DNA of 64,000 bases from an uncultured Candidatus Saccharibacteria bacterium (GTDB taxonomy: Bacteria; Patescibacteriota; Saccharimonadia; Saccharimonadales; JACDBH01): the NCBI GenBank assembly GCA_964644965.1, contig CAZXYN010000001.1, positions 64,282-128,281 on the forward strand. Reading direction: 5' to 3'. Within the stretch, counting starts at the first letter, position 1; every line of letters begins with the position of its first letter. Positions 28,458-38,842 of this stretch are shown one piece after another. Below the pieces are notes generated by a model. That model saw only the letters and a program-made list of their open reading frames with translations, ran no database searches and was not told where the DNA came from. The translations under genes and the position numbers were made by a program.

Positions 28458-29024
28458 ATGGAATATATTATTGCCTTAACTCTGTTGCCTCCTGTTGGGG
28501 TAACTGCTTGGCACTTTGTGCTTATATTTAGTCGGGATAACAAAGGCAGGCCGTCTACGATTAGCGAGCATGCTGTAGAGCAAGACCACCTATTGCTTAT
28601 ACACCGAATTGTTCACACCTTGCCAATATTAGCTTTTCTGCCCTTTATCTTGTTTTATCTTTGGCCGAATGGTTATGTTTTGGCCGGAGCTCTGCTAATT
28701 CTAGCTACAACTTTTGATTCTATAGAAACGTTGACCCTAAATAAAAAAACAGCTTCGCTTGATTCTCCAAAAAACCTTCACTACGTTACAGCCTGGGTAA
28801 TGGCAATCTGTTATTTGGGCTATTTGGTTGCGATTAGTATTATTGCCGGCATCAACCCGCTATTTTATGGATCAATACTGGCAATTTGTGCTGTGCTGCT
28901 TTATTTTGCGATAAATAACAAATACAAATCAAAATTTGTTGTCATGCAAGTGTCGTTTTTTGCTCTACTTGCTATTTTGGGTATCATTGCTCATGCGAGT
29001 CTATTGTTTCAGGAAATAGCATGA
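28458..29024 (+). CDS. polytopic membrane protein, unknown function
   Basis: 188 aa with about 5 hydrophobic helices. Confidence 0.5.
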   Translation: MEYIIALTLLPPVGVTAWHFVLIFSRDNKGRPSTISEHAVEQDHLLLIHRIVHTLPILAFLPFILFYLWPNGYVLAGALLILATTFDSIETLTLNKKTASLDSPKNLHYVTAWVMAICYLGYLVAISIIAGINPLFYGSILAICAVLLYFAINNKYKSKFVVMQVSFFALLAILGIIAHASLLFQEIA

Positions 29025-29356
29025 CAAATAAGCAAACTGGCTATGAAGCAGAGGGGCGGGCTGCAGTATACCTTAGACAGCAAGGCTACGAGATTATCGA
29101 CACCAACTGGCACAACCGCTGGGCCGAGATAGACATAATTGCGCGCAAAGACAACCGTGTTTATTTTGTCGAGGTCAAATATCGTCACACCGGTGCGCAG
29201 GGCAGCGGGCTAGACTACATTACCCCGAAAAAGCTCAAGCAAATGTCTTTCGCAGCCAATATGTGGGTGGCTGATAACAGCTGGAACGGTGAATATCAGC
29301 TATCAGCCCTTGGTATCGATGGCAAAAACATCGAATTTATAGAACAGATAGTCTAA
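29021..29356 (+). CDS. YraN-family (UPF0102) endonuclease-like protein
   Basis: GYEAEGRAAVYLRQQGYEIIDTNW...EIDIIARKDNRVYFVEVKYR. Confidence 0.8.
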   Translation: MTNKQTGYEAEGRAAVYLRQQGYEIIDTNWHNRWAEIDIIARKDNRVYFVEVKYRHTGAQGSGLDYITPKKLKQMSFAANMWVADNSWNGEYQLSALGIDGKNIEFIEQIV

Positions 29357-31890
29357 GCGTTTAGAAACTGTCTAATAGACTCAAGATCGCGGTCTTTCCA
29401 AGCGATCTGCCAATGCAGCATCTCGATAGCTTGTTTGATGCTTCTATCAAGTGCTGGACTTGATTTGTCGGCAAAAAACTTCTCAAACTCCTTCAAAAAT
29501 TCGGAATCACTAAAACTTCGTCCGGCATAGATAGGCGTGCGGTAAAAGCTCAGGTCGCTACCAAGCTCGCGCTCTAGCCAGTCCCAATTATCTTTCATCC
29601 ATTGCCAAGTAGCTCGTTTGGCATGCCGGTTCATAAAACTGTACGCCACCCAATACATTGCATCCTGGCGCCGTACAGTTTTGGTTGTGATGAGACTAAG
29701 CGATTTTTGAATCAAATCCGGTTGCTCAAACGATGTCAATGCGGCTGCTAGCGTAGTACGTTCCTCGCTAGAGTCGGTCTTTTTGTAGAAACCTAGCAAT
29801 TTTTCGTAAGTCTTAGTATCACCAAGTCGGGCAGCTGTGCTGAATATAACCCCTCTAACATCAGCATGAATGTCTTCTGAAGTTTTGGCTTTAGAAAAGC
29901 TGTCCAGACACCATTTTGTTGTTGCTGGCTCGTCGGCGCTTGCAGCCATTGCTAGTACGGTTGGGCGAAGTAGTTTGTCGAAATGGCTGTCGTTTGCCTT
30001 CTCTTCAAATCCGAGTCGTTTCCTCTGATCTTGGGTTAGGTGAATTATGTGAGGCTTTATGGAGTCACGGATTGCTTCGTCGTCCATAACTCTGCGAAGC
30101 TCACCAATACCCATGGCGATAATATCCCAGACTGCGGCATTGTCTTCTTGCTCGTAGCTTAGTAGAAGCTTTAGTGCTTCGACACCAGGTCCGTAGCCGG
30201 CTTTGGCCGTCTCTAGGGTGTCGGACAAAAGCCCAAGCCTGTCTAGCGGATCAAGCTTATCAATGCTTTTGACTAGAGTTTCCATGGTCTTTTTGTCATA
30301 GACAGTCCGATAGAATCCACTTTGCCTTGTATTTATTTTGGAAGTAATTTTGGCATCGGTGCTAATAGTATGAGCATGAAAGGCTTCTGGTAAATCCTTG
30401 CCACCTAGTACCGGGATTGGCCATGTTTCCTTGCTAATCTGCCTTGGTTTCTGCATGTAGAAACGCTCTTGTTCTAGATTAAGCTTTGATTTGCCCTGGC
30501 TAACTTTAACTAGCGGGAAACCAGGTAATGATGTCCAGGCGTGCATGAACTGCCTGACTGGCTTTTTAGAGACTTTTTCTAGGGCGCTCCACAGATCTGT
30601 TGTGACAGTGTTCTTGTAGGCGTGTTGCTTCAGATAGTATTGAAGCCCCTTCTGAAAATCGTTTGGTCCAAGGTAGCCATGCAGCATATGAATAACACTG
30701 GCACCCTTGTTGTAGCTGATGGCATCAAATATGCTGCGGATTTCGTCAGGATGGTTAATTGGCGCCTCAATCGGGTGGGTATTGTCGAGGGCATCGAGCT
30801 TGAGTGCTGACTGTTGTTCGTTGGCAACAAACTGTGTCCACATGTCCCAATCAGGGAAGAGATTGTCAACTGCGAGGTATTCAATCCAAGAAGCAAAACC
30901 TTCGTTGAGCCACAGATCGGTCCACCACTGCATAGTGACTAGATTGCCGAACCATTGGTGAGCTAGCTCATGGGCAACAACCATGGCGACGTATTGCTTG
31001 GTACTGAGGCTGGTGTTTTTCTCATCAACCAGCATCGTTTGCTCACGGTAGGTGATAAGCCCCCAGTTTTCCATGGCGCCACTGGCAAAATCTGGTAGAG
31101 CTATCATGTCGCATTTTTCGAGCGGGTAGGCAATTCCGAAATAATCTTCGTAAAACTCTAGGCATTTTACGGCCGTGTCCAATGCAAATTCTGTGTGGGC
31201 AACATTGTTTGGTGTTGCGTAGGTTCGGACTGTCGTACCTCGAGCAGTTTTGGCTTGTTTGTAGGCAAGCTCGCCGTATGCAAAGGCTAGTAGGTAGGTG
31301 CTCATAATGGGTGAGGTCTCAAAAACAGCTGTCCGCTTGCCGTCCAACTTCTCCTCTGAAGCTACGGGCGTGTTTGCCAGGACAGTTAATCCGTCATCAG
31401 GTGTAATAAGTGAAAAATCAAAAGTTGCTTTAGCTTCTGGCTCGTCAATACATGGGAATACTTCGCGGGCATGATGACTTTCGAACTGAGTTGCAAACAA
31501 CATTTTTTCCTTGCCGCTGTGAGTAAAGTAACAAGGGTACAAACCGTTCATTTGATCGGTAATCTTGCCGCTAAATTCAATCTCTACTTCGTACAAACCT
31601 GGGAAAAGCTGCTTTTTAGTATGCAAGCGCACTTGGTCGTAAGTTTTGTGTAAGTTGATGCGCGGAATCTCGACCTCATTGCTTGAGCGTTTGTCATGGT
31701 GGATTATACGGGCGCTAGTGATCCGCAAATCTTTCTGGTGGAAGGTTAGTCTTTTACTGGGACGGCCGCGTTTCTTGCCACTAATTACCACTGTTCCAGA
31801 AAATGTTTTCTTGTCTGGGTTTAGTTCGATTGTCAATTTGTAATTTTCGGGAGCAAAGCTCTCGTAGAGTCTATTCACACTTTTCTTCAT
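29353..31890 (-). CDS. pepN: M1-family aminopeptidase N
   Basis: GAMENWGLITYRE exopeptidase motif and the zinc site HELAHQWFGNLVT...WLNEGFA. Start taken at MKKSVNRLY. Confidence 0.9.
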   Translation of the reverse strand: MKKSVNRLYESFAPENYKLTIELNPDKKTFSGTVVISGKKRGRPSKRLTFHQKDLRITSARIIHHDKRSSNEVEIPRINLHKTYDQVRLHTKKQLFPGLYEVEIEFSGKITDQMNGLYPCYFTHSGKEKMLFATQFESHHAREVFPCIDEPEAKATFDFSLITPDDGLTVLANTPVASEEKLDGKRTAVFETSPIMSTYLLAFAYGELAYKQAKTARGTTVRTYATPNNVAHTEFALDTAVKCLEFYEDYFGIAYPLEKCDMIALPDFASGAMENWGLITYREQTMLVDEKNTSLSTKQYVAMVVAHELAHQWFGNLVTMQWWTDLWLNEGFASWIEYLAVDNLFPDWDMWTQFVANEQQSALKLDALDNTHPIEAPINHPDEIRSIFDAISYNKGASVIHMLHGYLGPNDFQKGLQYYLKQHAYKNTVTTDLWSALEKVSKKPVRQFMHAWTSLPGFPLVKVSQGKSKLNLEQERFYMQKPRQISKETWPIPVLGGKDLPEAFHAHTISTDAKITSKINTRQSGFYRTVYDKKTMETLVKSIDKLDPLDRLGLLSDTLETAKAGYGPGVEALKLLLSYEQEDNAAVWDIIAMGIGELRRVMDDEAIRDSIKPHIIHLTQDQRKRLGFEEKANDSHFDKLLRPTVLAMAASADEPATTKWCLDSFSKAKTSEDIHADVRGVIFSTAARLGDTKTYEKLLGFYKKTDSSEERTTLAAALTSFEQPDLIQKSLSLITTKTVRRQDAMYWVAYSFMNRHAKRATWQWMKDNWDWLERELGSDLSFYRTPIYAGRSFSDSEFLKEFEKFFADKSSPALDRSIKQAIEMLHWQIAWKDRDLESIRQFLNA

Positions 31891-32021
31891 AAAAATATTG
31901 TAACAGCCCACACCAGATGTGCTAAGCTATAAGCACGAACCAAAAACAAAAAAAGGAAAAAATATGTTCGGATGGCAACAAGACCGCGAATCGCGGCAGC
32001 TAGCTCGCTACTAGAGCAAAA

Positions 32022-32053
32022 AACCGGTGCACCAAAATCGAGCGCCGGTTTTT
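32022..32053 (+). terminator. rho-independent terminator downstream of a 16-codon mini-ORF
   Basis: AACCGGTGC-11 nt-GCGCCGGTT (9 bp including one G-U) followed by a T-run. Confidence 0.7.
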
Positions 32054-32096
32054 GTTTACTTTAGAGCCTATATAGCGTATGATAGGAGTGTTACAT

Positions 32097-32120
32097 CCCG
32101 GCCAGCTGGTCGGGTTTTTT
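32097..32120 (+). terminator. terminator/attenuator hairpin 30 nt upstream of the nusA start
   Basis: CCCGGCC-agct-GGTCGGG followed by TTTTTT. Confidence 0.65.
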
Positions 32121-32150
32121 GATGAAATAAGATAAAGAGAAGGAATAATA

Positions 32151-33314
32151 ATGGATTTTGATTTCAAACAATTAGCAGTAGCAATACAAGCAATATCAGA
32201 GGAGAAGAACCTCGACGAGGCGGTCGTAAAAGACGTAGTGGAGCAAGCTCTAGCAGCAGCCTATCGCCGCGACTACGGCGACCGTGATCAAGAAGTTCGG
32301 GTGACTATGGACATGGATAGCGGTGAAGTCGATGCCTACATATCTAAGACAGTTGTCGAGAAAGTCGAGGACGAGTTCCTAGAAATTTCTGTAGAAGACG
32401 CCGAGAAAATCAAAAAGGGATCCAAAGTAGATGATGTGGTCGAGATTCACCAAAAAGTAGAGACATTTGGTCGTGTTGCGGCTCAGACCGCCAAACAAGT
32501 TATCTTGCAACGTCTGCGTGAAGCAGAACGTGAAATTGTGATGGCAGAATTTGAAGACAAAATCGGTACCGTGATTAATGGTATTGTTGGTCGTGTCGAA
32601 GGCAATATTGTGCGTATGGAACTAGGCAAAGCTCAAGCCATCATGCCTAGAAGTGAGCAGATTCAGGGCGAGCGCTACTACCCAGGTCAGCGACTCAAGG
32701 TTTACCTGAAAGACATCGAACGTGGCTACCGTGGCCCGCAGCTAGTGGTTTCTCGTGGTGCATCGGAGTTTATCGAATGGCTGTTTAGGTCAGAGGTTCC
32801 GGAAATGGACAGTGGCGCAGTTAGTATCAAGGGTATTGCCCGCGAACCTGGTGTCCGTAGCAAGATCGCTGTCGCTAGCAGCGTACAAGGTGTTGACCCA
32901 GTCGGTACATTTGTTGGTGGTCACGGTACACGTGTGAACGCTGTAATGAGTGAAGTTGGTGAACAGGAGAAGATTGATATTGTCGTGTGGGACGATGATC
33001 TAAAGACCTTCATTAGCAACGCGCTTAGTCCCACAAAGGTTAATTCTGTAACAATTGACGAAGCAACCAAGAAAGCTCGTGTATCTGTAGATGAAGATCA
33101 GCTAAGTATTGCAATCGGCAAGAGCGGACAAAATGTTCGCTTGGCAAGCAAGCTTGCAGGTTACGACATTGACATCATGGCTGCAAAAACTACCGAAGAA
33201 GCAGAAGCGCCTAGCGAAGGTACTGCTGAGTCATCTCGACCAGTCCAGAAATTGAAGCGCAAGGATCAGCTCGAGAGCAGTCTGCTCGAAGCTATCGAAG
33301 AGCATGGCGAATAA
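32151..33314 (+). CDS. nusA: transcription termination/antitermination factor NusA
   Basis: N-terminal domain, S1 (GERYYPGQRLKVYL) and two KH domains (IAIGKSGQNVRLASKLAGYDIDI). Confidence 0.95.
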   Translation: MDFDFKQLAVAIQAISEEKNLDEAVVKDVVEQALAAAYRRDYGDRDQEVRVTMDMDSGEVDAYISKTVVEKVEDEFLEISVEDAEKIKKGSKVDDVVEIHQKVETFGRVAAQTAKQVILQRLREAEREIVMAEFEDKIGTVINGIVGRVEGNIVRMELGKAQAIMPRSEQIQGERYYPGQRLKVYLKDIERGYRGPQLVVSRGASEFIEWLFRSEVPEMDSGAVSIKGIAREPGVRSKIAVASSVQGVDPVGTFVGGHGTRVNAVMSEVGEQEKIDIVVWDDDLKTFISNALSPTKVNSVTIDEATKKARVSVDEDQLSIAIGKSGQNVRLASKLAGYDIDIMAAKTTEEAEAPSEGTAESSRPVQKLKRKDQLESSLLEAIEEHGE

Positions 33315-33485
33315 TGAGAGGAGGTGATTCCTCCTCTCATCGCGCCGGGCACCGGCAAAGCCGGATGCTCGGGCTGCTCTCCTCCCAAGCGGACAATCCC
33401 TCGGTGAAGTAAATTCACACGAGGGATTTACTTTTATATAATATTTCAGTACAATGTAAATCGATAATCACGGAGACATAATCTC

Positions 33486-33722
33486 ATGGGTGATAAAAAA
33501 CTCTCACTTGCTGTGACCGAAGAGCTTGGCACTGCTCTTGATAGCCGTGCAGATACGCTGTGTATAACTACATCTGAGTATCTACGACGTCTCGCAGGTC
33601 TTGGTCTCGCAATAAGTAAAAATATGCCTGAGAGTAAAGAAGACGGCTTTTTAAAAATCGTTCAGCAGCGACCCGATGGATCTCAGGAAAATGTCCTAAT
33701 TATTAGCGACGTTCTCTACTAA
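33486..33722 (+). CDS. ribbon-helix-helix (CopG/Arc-like) small DNA-binding protein
   Basis: KLSLAVTEELGTALDSRADTLCITTSEYLRRLAGLGL fits a strand-helix-helix pattern. 78 aa. Confidence 0.5.
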   Translation: MGDKKLSLAVTEELGTALDSRADTLCITTSEYLRRLAGLGLAISKNMPESKEDGFLKIVQQRPDGSQENVLIISDVLY

Positions 33723-33752
33723 ACAGTCAAAGAAAATCTAAATTGGCAGTCT

Positions 33753-33780
33753 TGACCGTCGAGTGCTAAGTGCTATACTG
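33753..33780 (+). promoter_or_regulatory. candidate clpC promoter with a tandem heptad AGTGCTA-AGTGCTA across the spacer and -10
   Basis: TTGACC-16 nt-TATACT. The heptad direct repeat lies at 33763-33776. Confidence 0.4.
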
Positions 33781-33907
33781 GATTTAGCGACTATGTAAAA
33801 TCGCTATAAGCACGAAAGGGAAAAGAGCAGCCCAAGCAAAAATCACATTTTTTGCCTGGCGCGATGAGAAAAACCGCAAGGTTTGTCTCATGAGCGAAGC
33901 GTAGACT

Positions 33908-36418
33908 ATGATGCCACAATCTCCAGACTTCCAAGAATTTTTGAATCATCTGACTGACAATGCGCTGCAGAGTTTAAAGCACGCAGACGCAATTGCCCGT
34001 AGTTTTAACAGCCCGTACATCGGTACGGAGCACTTGCTATTGGGCGTACTGGCGCAAGATAGCTCAATGGGTGCCAAAGTACTCGAAGGCTCAGGTGTGT
34101 CACTAGAGCGTGCTCGCATGGCGCTAAACCTGACGCCAAATTCAGTTGTTATAAATATGGGTGCTAAGGGCTTAAGCGAAACGGCCAAGCTAACACTTCG
34201 AATGGCCTATGAACTTGCTCAAGAATTCCATCAAGAATTCTGTGGTACAGAACACATCCTCTACAGCATACTCAGTCAAAAGAATGCAAGGGCAACGACG
34301 CTACTTAGGGATATGAACATTAATACTGATCAGTTGACTGGTGAGCTAGAAAACTTCCTGAATCGACAGCAGTTCGAAGACTCCAATTATATTGGCGGCT
34401 CTTCGCGTACTAGACGCAGCAAGCGACCTCGCGGCAAGTCTACGCTAGATTCGTATGGCTCAGATATTACAGCTCAGGCTCGTAGTGGCAAACTTGATCC
34501 AGTTGTTGGCCGTGAGCCACAGATTAGACGTGTTATCACAATTCTCAACCGTCGCACCAAAAATAATCCAGTGCTCATCGGTGAACCGGGTGTTGGTAAA
34601 ACCGCCATTGTTGAGGGAATAGCCCAGCGGATTGTCAACGAAGATGTGCCAGACAGCTTGCTTGACAAACGGATTGTCATGCTCGATCTCGCTGGTATGA
34701 TTGCCGGTACCAAGTACCGCGGTGAGTTTGAGGAACGGCTCAAGAAAGTCATGGCAGAGCTAGAGGATGACAAAAAGACGATTATATTTATTGATGAGCT
34801 TCATCTGATAGTTGGTGCTGGCGCCGCCGAAGGTTCTATGGATGCTGGTAATATACTCAAACCAGCACTTGCTCGCGGCAAGATCCAGATGATTGGCGCA
34901 ACTACTACCAACGAATACACCAAATATGTAGAAAAAGACGCAGCATTAGAGCGACGCTTCCAGCCGGTGCAAGTTCCAGAGACAACCGTTGCCGAAACGC
35001 TTATGATACTTAAGGCGTTACGCAAACATTACGAGAGCTTCCATGGCGTTGCTATTGGTGATGATGTCCTAGAAGACACTGTAGCCTTGGCTAAACGCTA
35101 TGTAAACGACAGGTTTATGCCGGACAAGGCAATTGATCTACTAGACGAAGCTGCTGCCCATCTACGGGTAGACAAGGGCAAAACACCGCCAGAACTTAGG
35201 AAGCTACAAAAGGAGCTAAAGCTACTGAATGTACGCATTGATGATGCGGTTGATGCTGAGGAATACCAAAAAGCGGCTGAGTATAAGCAAAAGGCTTCCC
35301 AAATCCGTGCCGACATAGACAAACTGCTTGAAAAATCAAAGGGCGGCAAACGACTGAAGCTCACCAGTGAAGATGTCGCGGATGTAGTGGCACGCATGAC
35401 TGGTGTACCGGTTAGCAAAGTGATCCGGTCAGAGGCTAAATATCTGCGCAATCTTGAATCTAATCTGTCAAAGCATGTTGTTGGACAAAATGAGGCCGTA
35501 GAAGCGCTTGCACGCGCCGTACGCCGTAATCGGATTGGCATTGGTCAGACATCGCGGCCAATTGGTTCGTTTATATTTCTTGGTCCTACAGGTGTTGGTA
35601 AGACAGAACTTGCTAGAGTTCTTGCAAAAGAGTTCTTTGGTTCTGAATCTGCGCTTGTAAAGATTGACATGAGTGAGTTCGGTGAACACCACAATGTATC
35701 TCGACTTGTTGGCGCACCGGCTGGTTACGTTGGTTATGATGATGGTGGACAGCTGACAGACAAAATCCGTAGACAACCATACAGCGTTGTACTATTTGAC
35801 GAAATCGAGAAAGCTCACCCTGATGTTTTCAACATGTTGCTACAACTTCTAGAGGACGGCAGAATTACCGATGCTAAGGGAAGGTCTATAGATTTCACTA
35901 ATACAATTGTCATCATGACTAGCAATATCGGCGCTGACAAACTTCAAAAAGAAGCTAGTTTTGGCTTCTCTGCATTAGGCAAAAAAGACATTCAAGATTT
36001 AGACGAACTTCATACCGAAAATCGTCATCAAGTTTTAGAGGAGCTCAAGAAGCTCATGCGACCAGAGTTTCTTAATCGAATAGACAAGACAATTGTGTTT
36101 CGCGCGCTCACTCGCAAAGATGCGCTTAGAATCATGGATCTGCAGCTAGATGAGTTACGCAAACGACTTGTCAAGAAAGGTCTAGGCCTAACAATAACGT
36201 CGTCAGCAAAGCAAATCATGTTAGAAAAGGGTTACGATGCTAAGAACGGTGTTCGGCCGATGAGACGACTAATACAGGATGATATAGAGGATGAAATCGC
36301 CGAAGGACTACTAGACGAAAAGTATCAGACGGGTGACGTTATTGCGGTTGGTTCACAGAAGGAAAAGCTAACATTTAGTATCAAGTCAGAAAAAGCTCAC
36401 AAACTTAATAAGTCCTAG
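33908..36418 (+). CDS. clpC: ATP-dependent Clp protease ATP-binding subunit ClpC-like (class I AAA+)
   Basis: Clp_N repeats, Walker A sites GEPGVGKT and GPTGVGKT, and a UVR-like middle region. Confidence 0.92.
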   Translation: MMPQSPDFQEFLNHLTDNALQSLKHADAIARSFNSPYIGTEHLLLGVLAQDSSMGAKVLEGSGVSLERARMALNLTPNSVVINMGAKGLSETAKLTLRMAYELAQEFHQEFCGTEHILYSILSQKNARATTLLRDMNINTDQLTGELENFLNRQQFEDSNYIGGSSRTRRSKRPRGKSTLDSYGSDITAQARSGKLDPVVGREPQIRRVITILNRRTKNNPVLIGEPGVGKTAIVEGIAQRIVNEDVPDSLLDKRIVMLDLAGMIAGTKYRGEFEERLKKVMAELEDDKKTIIFIDELHLIVGAGAAEGSMDAGNILKPALARGKIQMIGATTTNEYTKYVEKDAALERRFQPVQVPETTVAETLMILKALRKHYESFHGVAIGDDVLEDTVALAKRYVNDRFMPDKAIDLLDEAAAHLRVDKGKTPPELRKLQKELKLLNVRIDDAVDAEEYQKAAEYKQKASQIRADIDKLLEKSKGGKRLKLTSEDVADVVARMTGVPVSKVIRSEAKYLRNLESNLSKHVVGQNEAVEALARAVRRNRIGIGQTSRPIGSFIFLGPTGVGKTELARVLAKEFFGSESALVKIDMSEFGEHHNVSRLVGAPAGYVGYDDGGQLTDKIRRQPYSVVLFDEIEKAHPDVFNMLLQLLEDGRITDAKGRSIDFTNTIVIMTSNIGADKLQKEASFGFSALGKKDIQDLDELHTENRHQVLEELKKLMRPEFLNRIDKTIVFRALTRKDALRIMDLQLDELRKRLVKKGLGLTITSSAKQIMLEKGYDAKNGVRPMRRLIQDDIEDEIAEGLLDEKYQTGDVIAVGSQKEKLTFSIKSEKAHKLNKS

Positions 36419-36482
36419 CCAAGCGCTAGCGAAATAGTGGTCTTTGGCGTACTATTTATAGTACGGTTAAGGTGTTTTAGTT

Positions 36483-37451
36483 ATGGAATTTGGCAAGAAA
36501 AGTATAGCTCTTTTGGCAATTATTTTGACTGCTATTTTTGGTGCTTACTTTTTTCGTTATGATATTCATGATTTTGTGAAGCTTTATGGCTATACGCCTA
36601 GCAACGAGGTTAGCGCACTAGCTGACAGTACTACTATGGATGCCAATGCCAGACGACTTTTTTATGTTAATGATCCTAAGATCGCGGACAAGCAGACCTT
36701 TAATGAACATTGTCGGGAGAATGAGTACTCTATTGTATTGGGCTGTTATCTTCCAGGCCAGAGAGGTATATATTTACTTGATGTCGATGACGAACGACTT
36801 GATGGCATCAAAGAGGTTACCGCCGCACACGAACTGCTTCATGCTGCCTACGAACGGCTCAGCACAAGTGAAAAAAAACGTGTCAACAAACTTCTGCAGA
36901 TAGCTTACGATGACCTAGACAATACGCGCGTTATAGAGACTATTGAACAGTATCGCAAACAGGATCCATCTGTCGTGCCTAACGAAATGCACTCAATCCT
37001 AGGTAGCGAAGTACGTGATTTGCCTGTGGAGCTTGAGATTTATTACCGAAGATATTTTACTGATAGGTCAAAAATTGTCGACTTCTCTGAACAGTACGAA
37101 CAAGCTTTTATAGATCGTAAGAACCAAATAAGGGATTACGATGCGCAGCTAGCAAGTCTGAAAGTCCAGATAGAGCGCGACAGCCAACGCCTAAGCAGTA
37201 CGCAGCAAGAACTGTCGTCGCTCAAAAGCACTATGAATCAGTATAGCTCTAGTGGTCAGACGCAGAAATATAACGAGCTTGTGCCTGTCTATAATCAAAA
37301 AGTGAATGCTTATAATAGTTTGATTGATGCAACGACTGCTGACATTGCTAAATATAACGATATTGTCCAGCAGCGAAACGCTGTAGTATCCGAAGAAGTC
37401 GAGCTTGTCGAGGCGATTGATAGTAGAAAAATCATACCTAGCCGTCAGTAG
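36483..37451 (+). CDS. membrane-anchored protein with an HExxH motif and C-terminal coiled coil
   Basis: N-terminal TM (IALLAIILTAIFGAYFF), TAAHELLHAAYE and a Gln/Ser-rich coiled coil. Confidence 0.5.
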   Translation: MEFGKKSIALLAIILTAIFGAYFFRYDIHDFVKLYGYTPSNEVSALADSTTMDANARRLFYVNDPKIADKQTFNEHCRENEYSIVLGCYLPGQRGIYLLDVDDERLDGIKEVTAAHELLHAAYERLSTSEKKRVNKLLQIAYDDLDNTRVIETIEQYRKQDPSVVPNEMHSILGSEVRDLPVELEIYYRRYFTDRSKIVDFSEQYEQAFIDRKNQIRDYDAQLASLKVQIERDSQRLSSTQQELSSLKSTMNQYSSSGQTQKYNELVPVYNQKVNAYNSLIDATTADIAKYNDIVQQRNAVVSEEVELVEAIDSRKIIPSRQ

Positions 37452-37494
37452 AGTTTGGGTTAAAGCCTAGACAGCAGGTATACTGAACTCAATT

Positions 37495-38841
37495 ATGGCG
37501 AAAAAGGGAAGTGTAAAATACGTCTGTCAGAATTGTGGACAAGCACATGGCTCATGGATGGGTCGATGTAGCAGCTGCGGTGAGTGGAATACTATTGTTG
37601 AGGAGCTGGATAGTGCTTCTCTGGCGGCTCCAAACGGTCGAAAACTGCAAACTCTTGATGTTACATCTATCACCAAGCAAAAGAACGCTCCGCGCTTGTC
37701 AGCTGGCATGGAGCCAGTTAATAGTGTGCTTGGTGGTGGCTTCGTGCCAGGCAGCGTTACGCTGCTGGCAGGACAGCCTGGAATTGGTAAGAGCACTTTG
37801 CTACTACAAATTGCTTACGAAGCAGCCAAGAACTCAAGCGTACTTTATATAAGCGGCGAGGAGTCAGTAAATCAGGTTGGTCTGCGCGCCAAAAGGCTCG
37901 GCACTAGCCACAAAAACTTACTATTATCATCATCTACCTCTACTGACGACATAGCAGCCACTATTGCCAGCGGAATTTATGATGTGGTTGTCGTCGATTC
38001 TGTCCAGACGATTACTGTTGCTGCAGTGAGCTCATCAGCTGGATCTGTATCACAGATTACAAACAGCACTCATATGCTGATGCAGGCCGCCAAGTCAACG
38101 CAGACGGCTCTGTTGCTGGTAGGACATGTCACTAAAGAAGGCTCAATTGCCGGTCCTAAAGTTCTAGAGCACGTCGTTGATGTGGTCTTGCAATTAGAGG
38201 GTGATAGATACGGCGGCTTCAAAATACTCAGAAGTGTAAAAAATCGCTTTGGTAGTACGCACGAATCAGCAATTTTTGAGATGAAAGAACTAGGAATGAT
38301 ACCTGTCGAAAACCCTTCGGCAGCGCTGCTAGAAGAGCGTCAGGTAAGTGATGGTTCAGTTGTGCTGGCTACCATTGAGGGCGCAAGGCCACTACTGGTG
38401 GAAGTACAAGCTCTGGTACAGACGACATCCTATGGTTACCCAAAACGCACGGCTAGCGGTATTGATCTAAATCGCATGAACCTGTTGGTGGCAATGCTAG
38501 AAAAACGAACCAAACTACAGCTATCAGACAAAGATATTTATCTAAACATCGTAGGTGGACTCAAGATTACCGAACCGGCGGCCGATCTGGCGGTTTGCAT
38601 GGCAATAGCCTCAGCTGCAAAGGGTATGAAACTCAAAAACGACTTTGTAGTGTTTGGTGAACTCGGACTTAGTGGCGAGGTAAGACGGGTGCCCTTTGCC
38701 GAGAAGCGTATCAACGAAGCTCAAAAGCTCGGTTTCTCTGGTGCAATTACACCAACTAAGACAGCAGGCGCTGCTGACAAAAAATTTGTTAGCGAAGTCA
38801 GAGATATTAAATCAGCACTCAATAGTTTTTTGAGCAAGTAA
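37495..38841 (+). CDS. radA: DNA repair protein RadA/Sms
   Basis: Zn ribbon CQNCG...CSSCGEWNT, Walker A GQPGIGKST, KNRFG and a Lon-like C-terminus. Confidence 0.95.
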   Translation: MAKKGSVKYVCQNCGQAHGSWMGRCSSCGEWNTIVEELDSASLAAPNGRKLQTLDVTSITKQKNAPRLSAGMEPVNSVLGGGFVPGSVTLLAGQPGIGKSTLLLQIAYEAAKNSSVLYISGEESVNQVGLRAKRLGTSHKNLLLSSSTSTDDIAATIASGIYDVVVVDSVQTITVAAVSSSAGSVSQITNSTHMLMQAAKSTQTALLLVGHVTKEGSIAGPKVLEHVVDVVLQLEGDRYGGFKILRSVKNRFGSTHESAIFEMKELGMIPVENPSAALLEERQVSDGSVVLATIEGARPLLVEVQALVQTTSYGYPKRTASGIDLNRMNLLVAMLEKRTKLQLSDKDIYLNIVGGLKITEPAADLAVCMAIASAAKGMKLKNDFVVFGELGLSGEVRRVPFAEKRINEAQKLGFSGAITPTKTAGAADKKFVSEVRDIKSALNSFLSK

Positions 38842-38842
38842 A

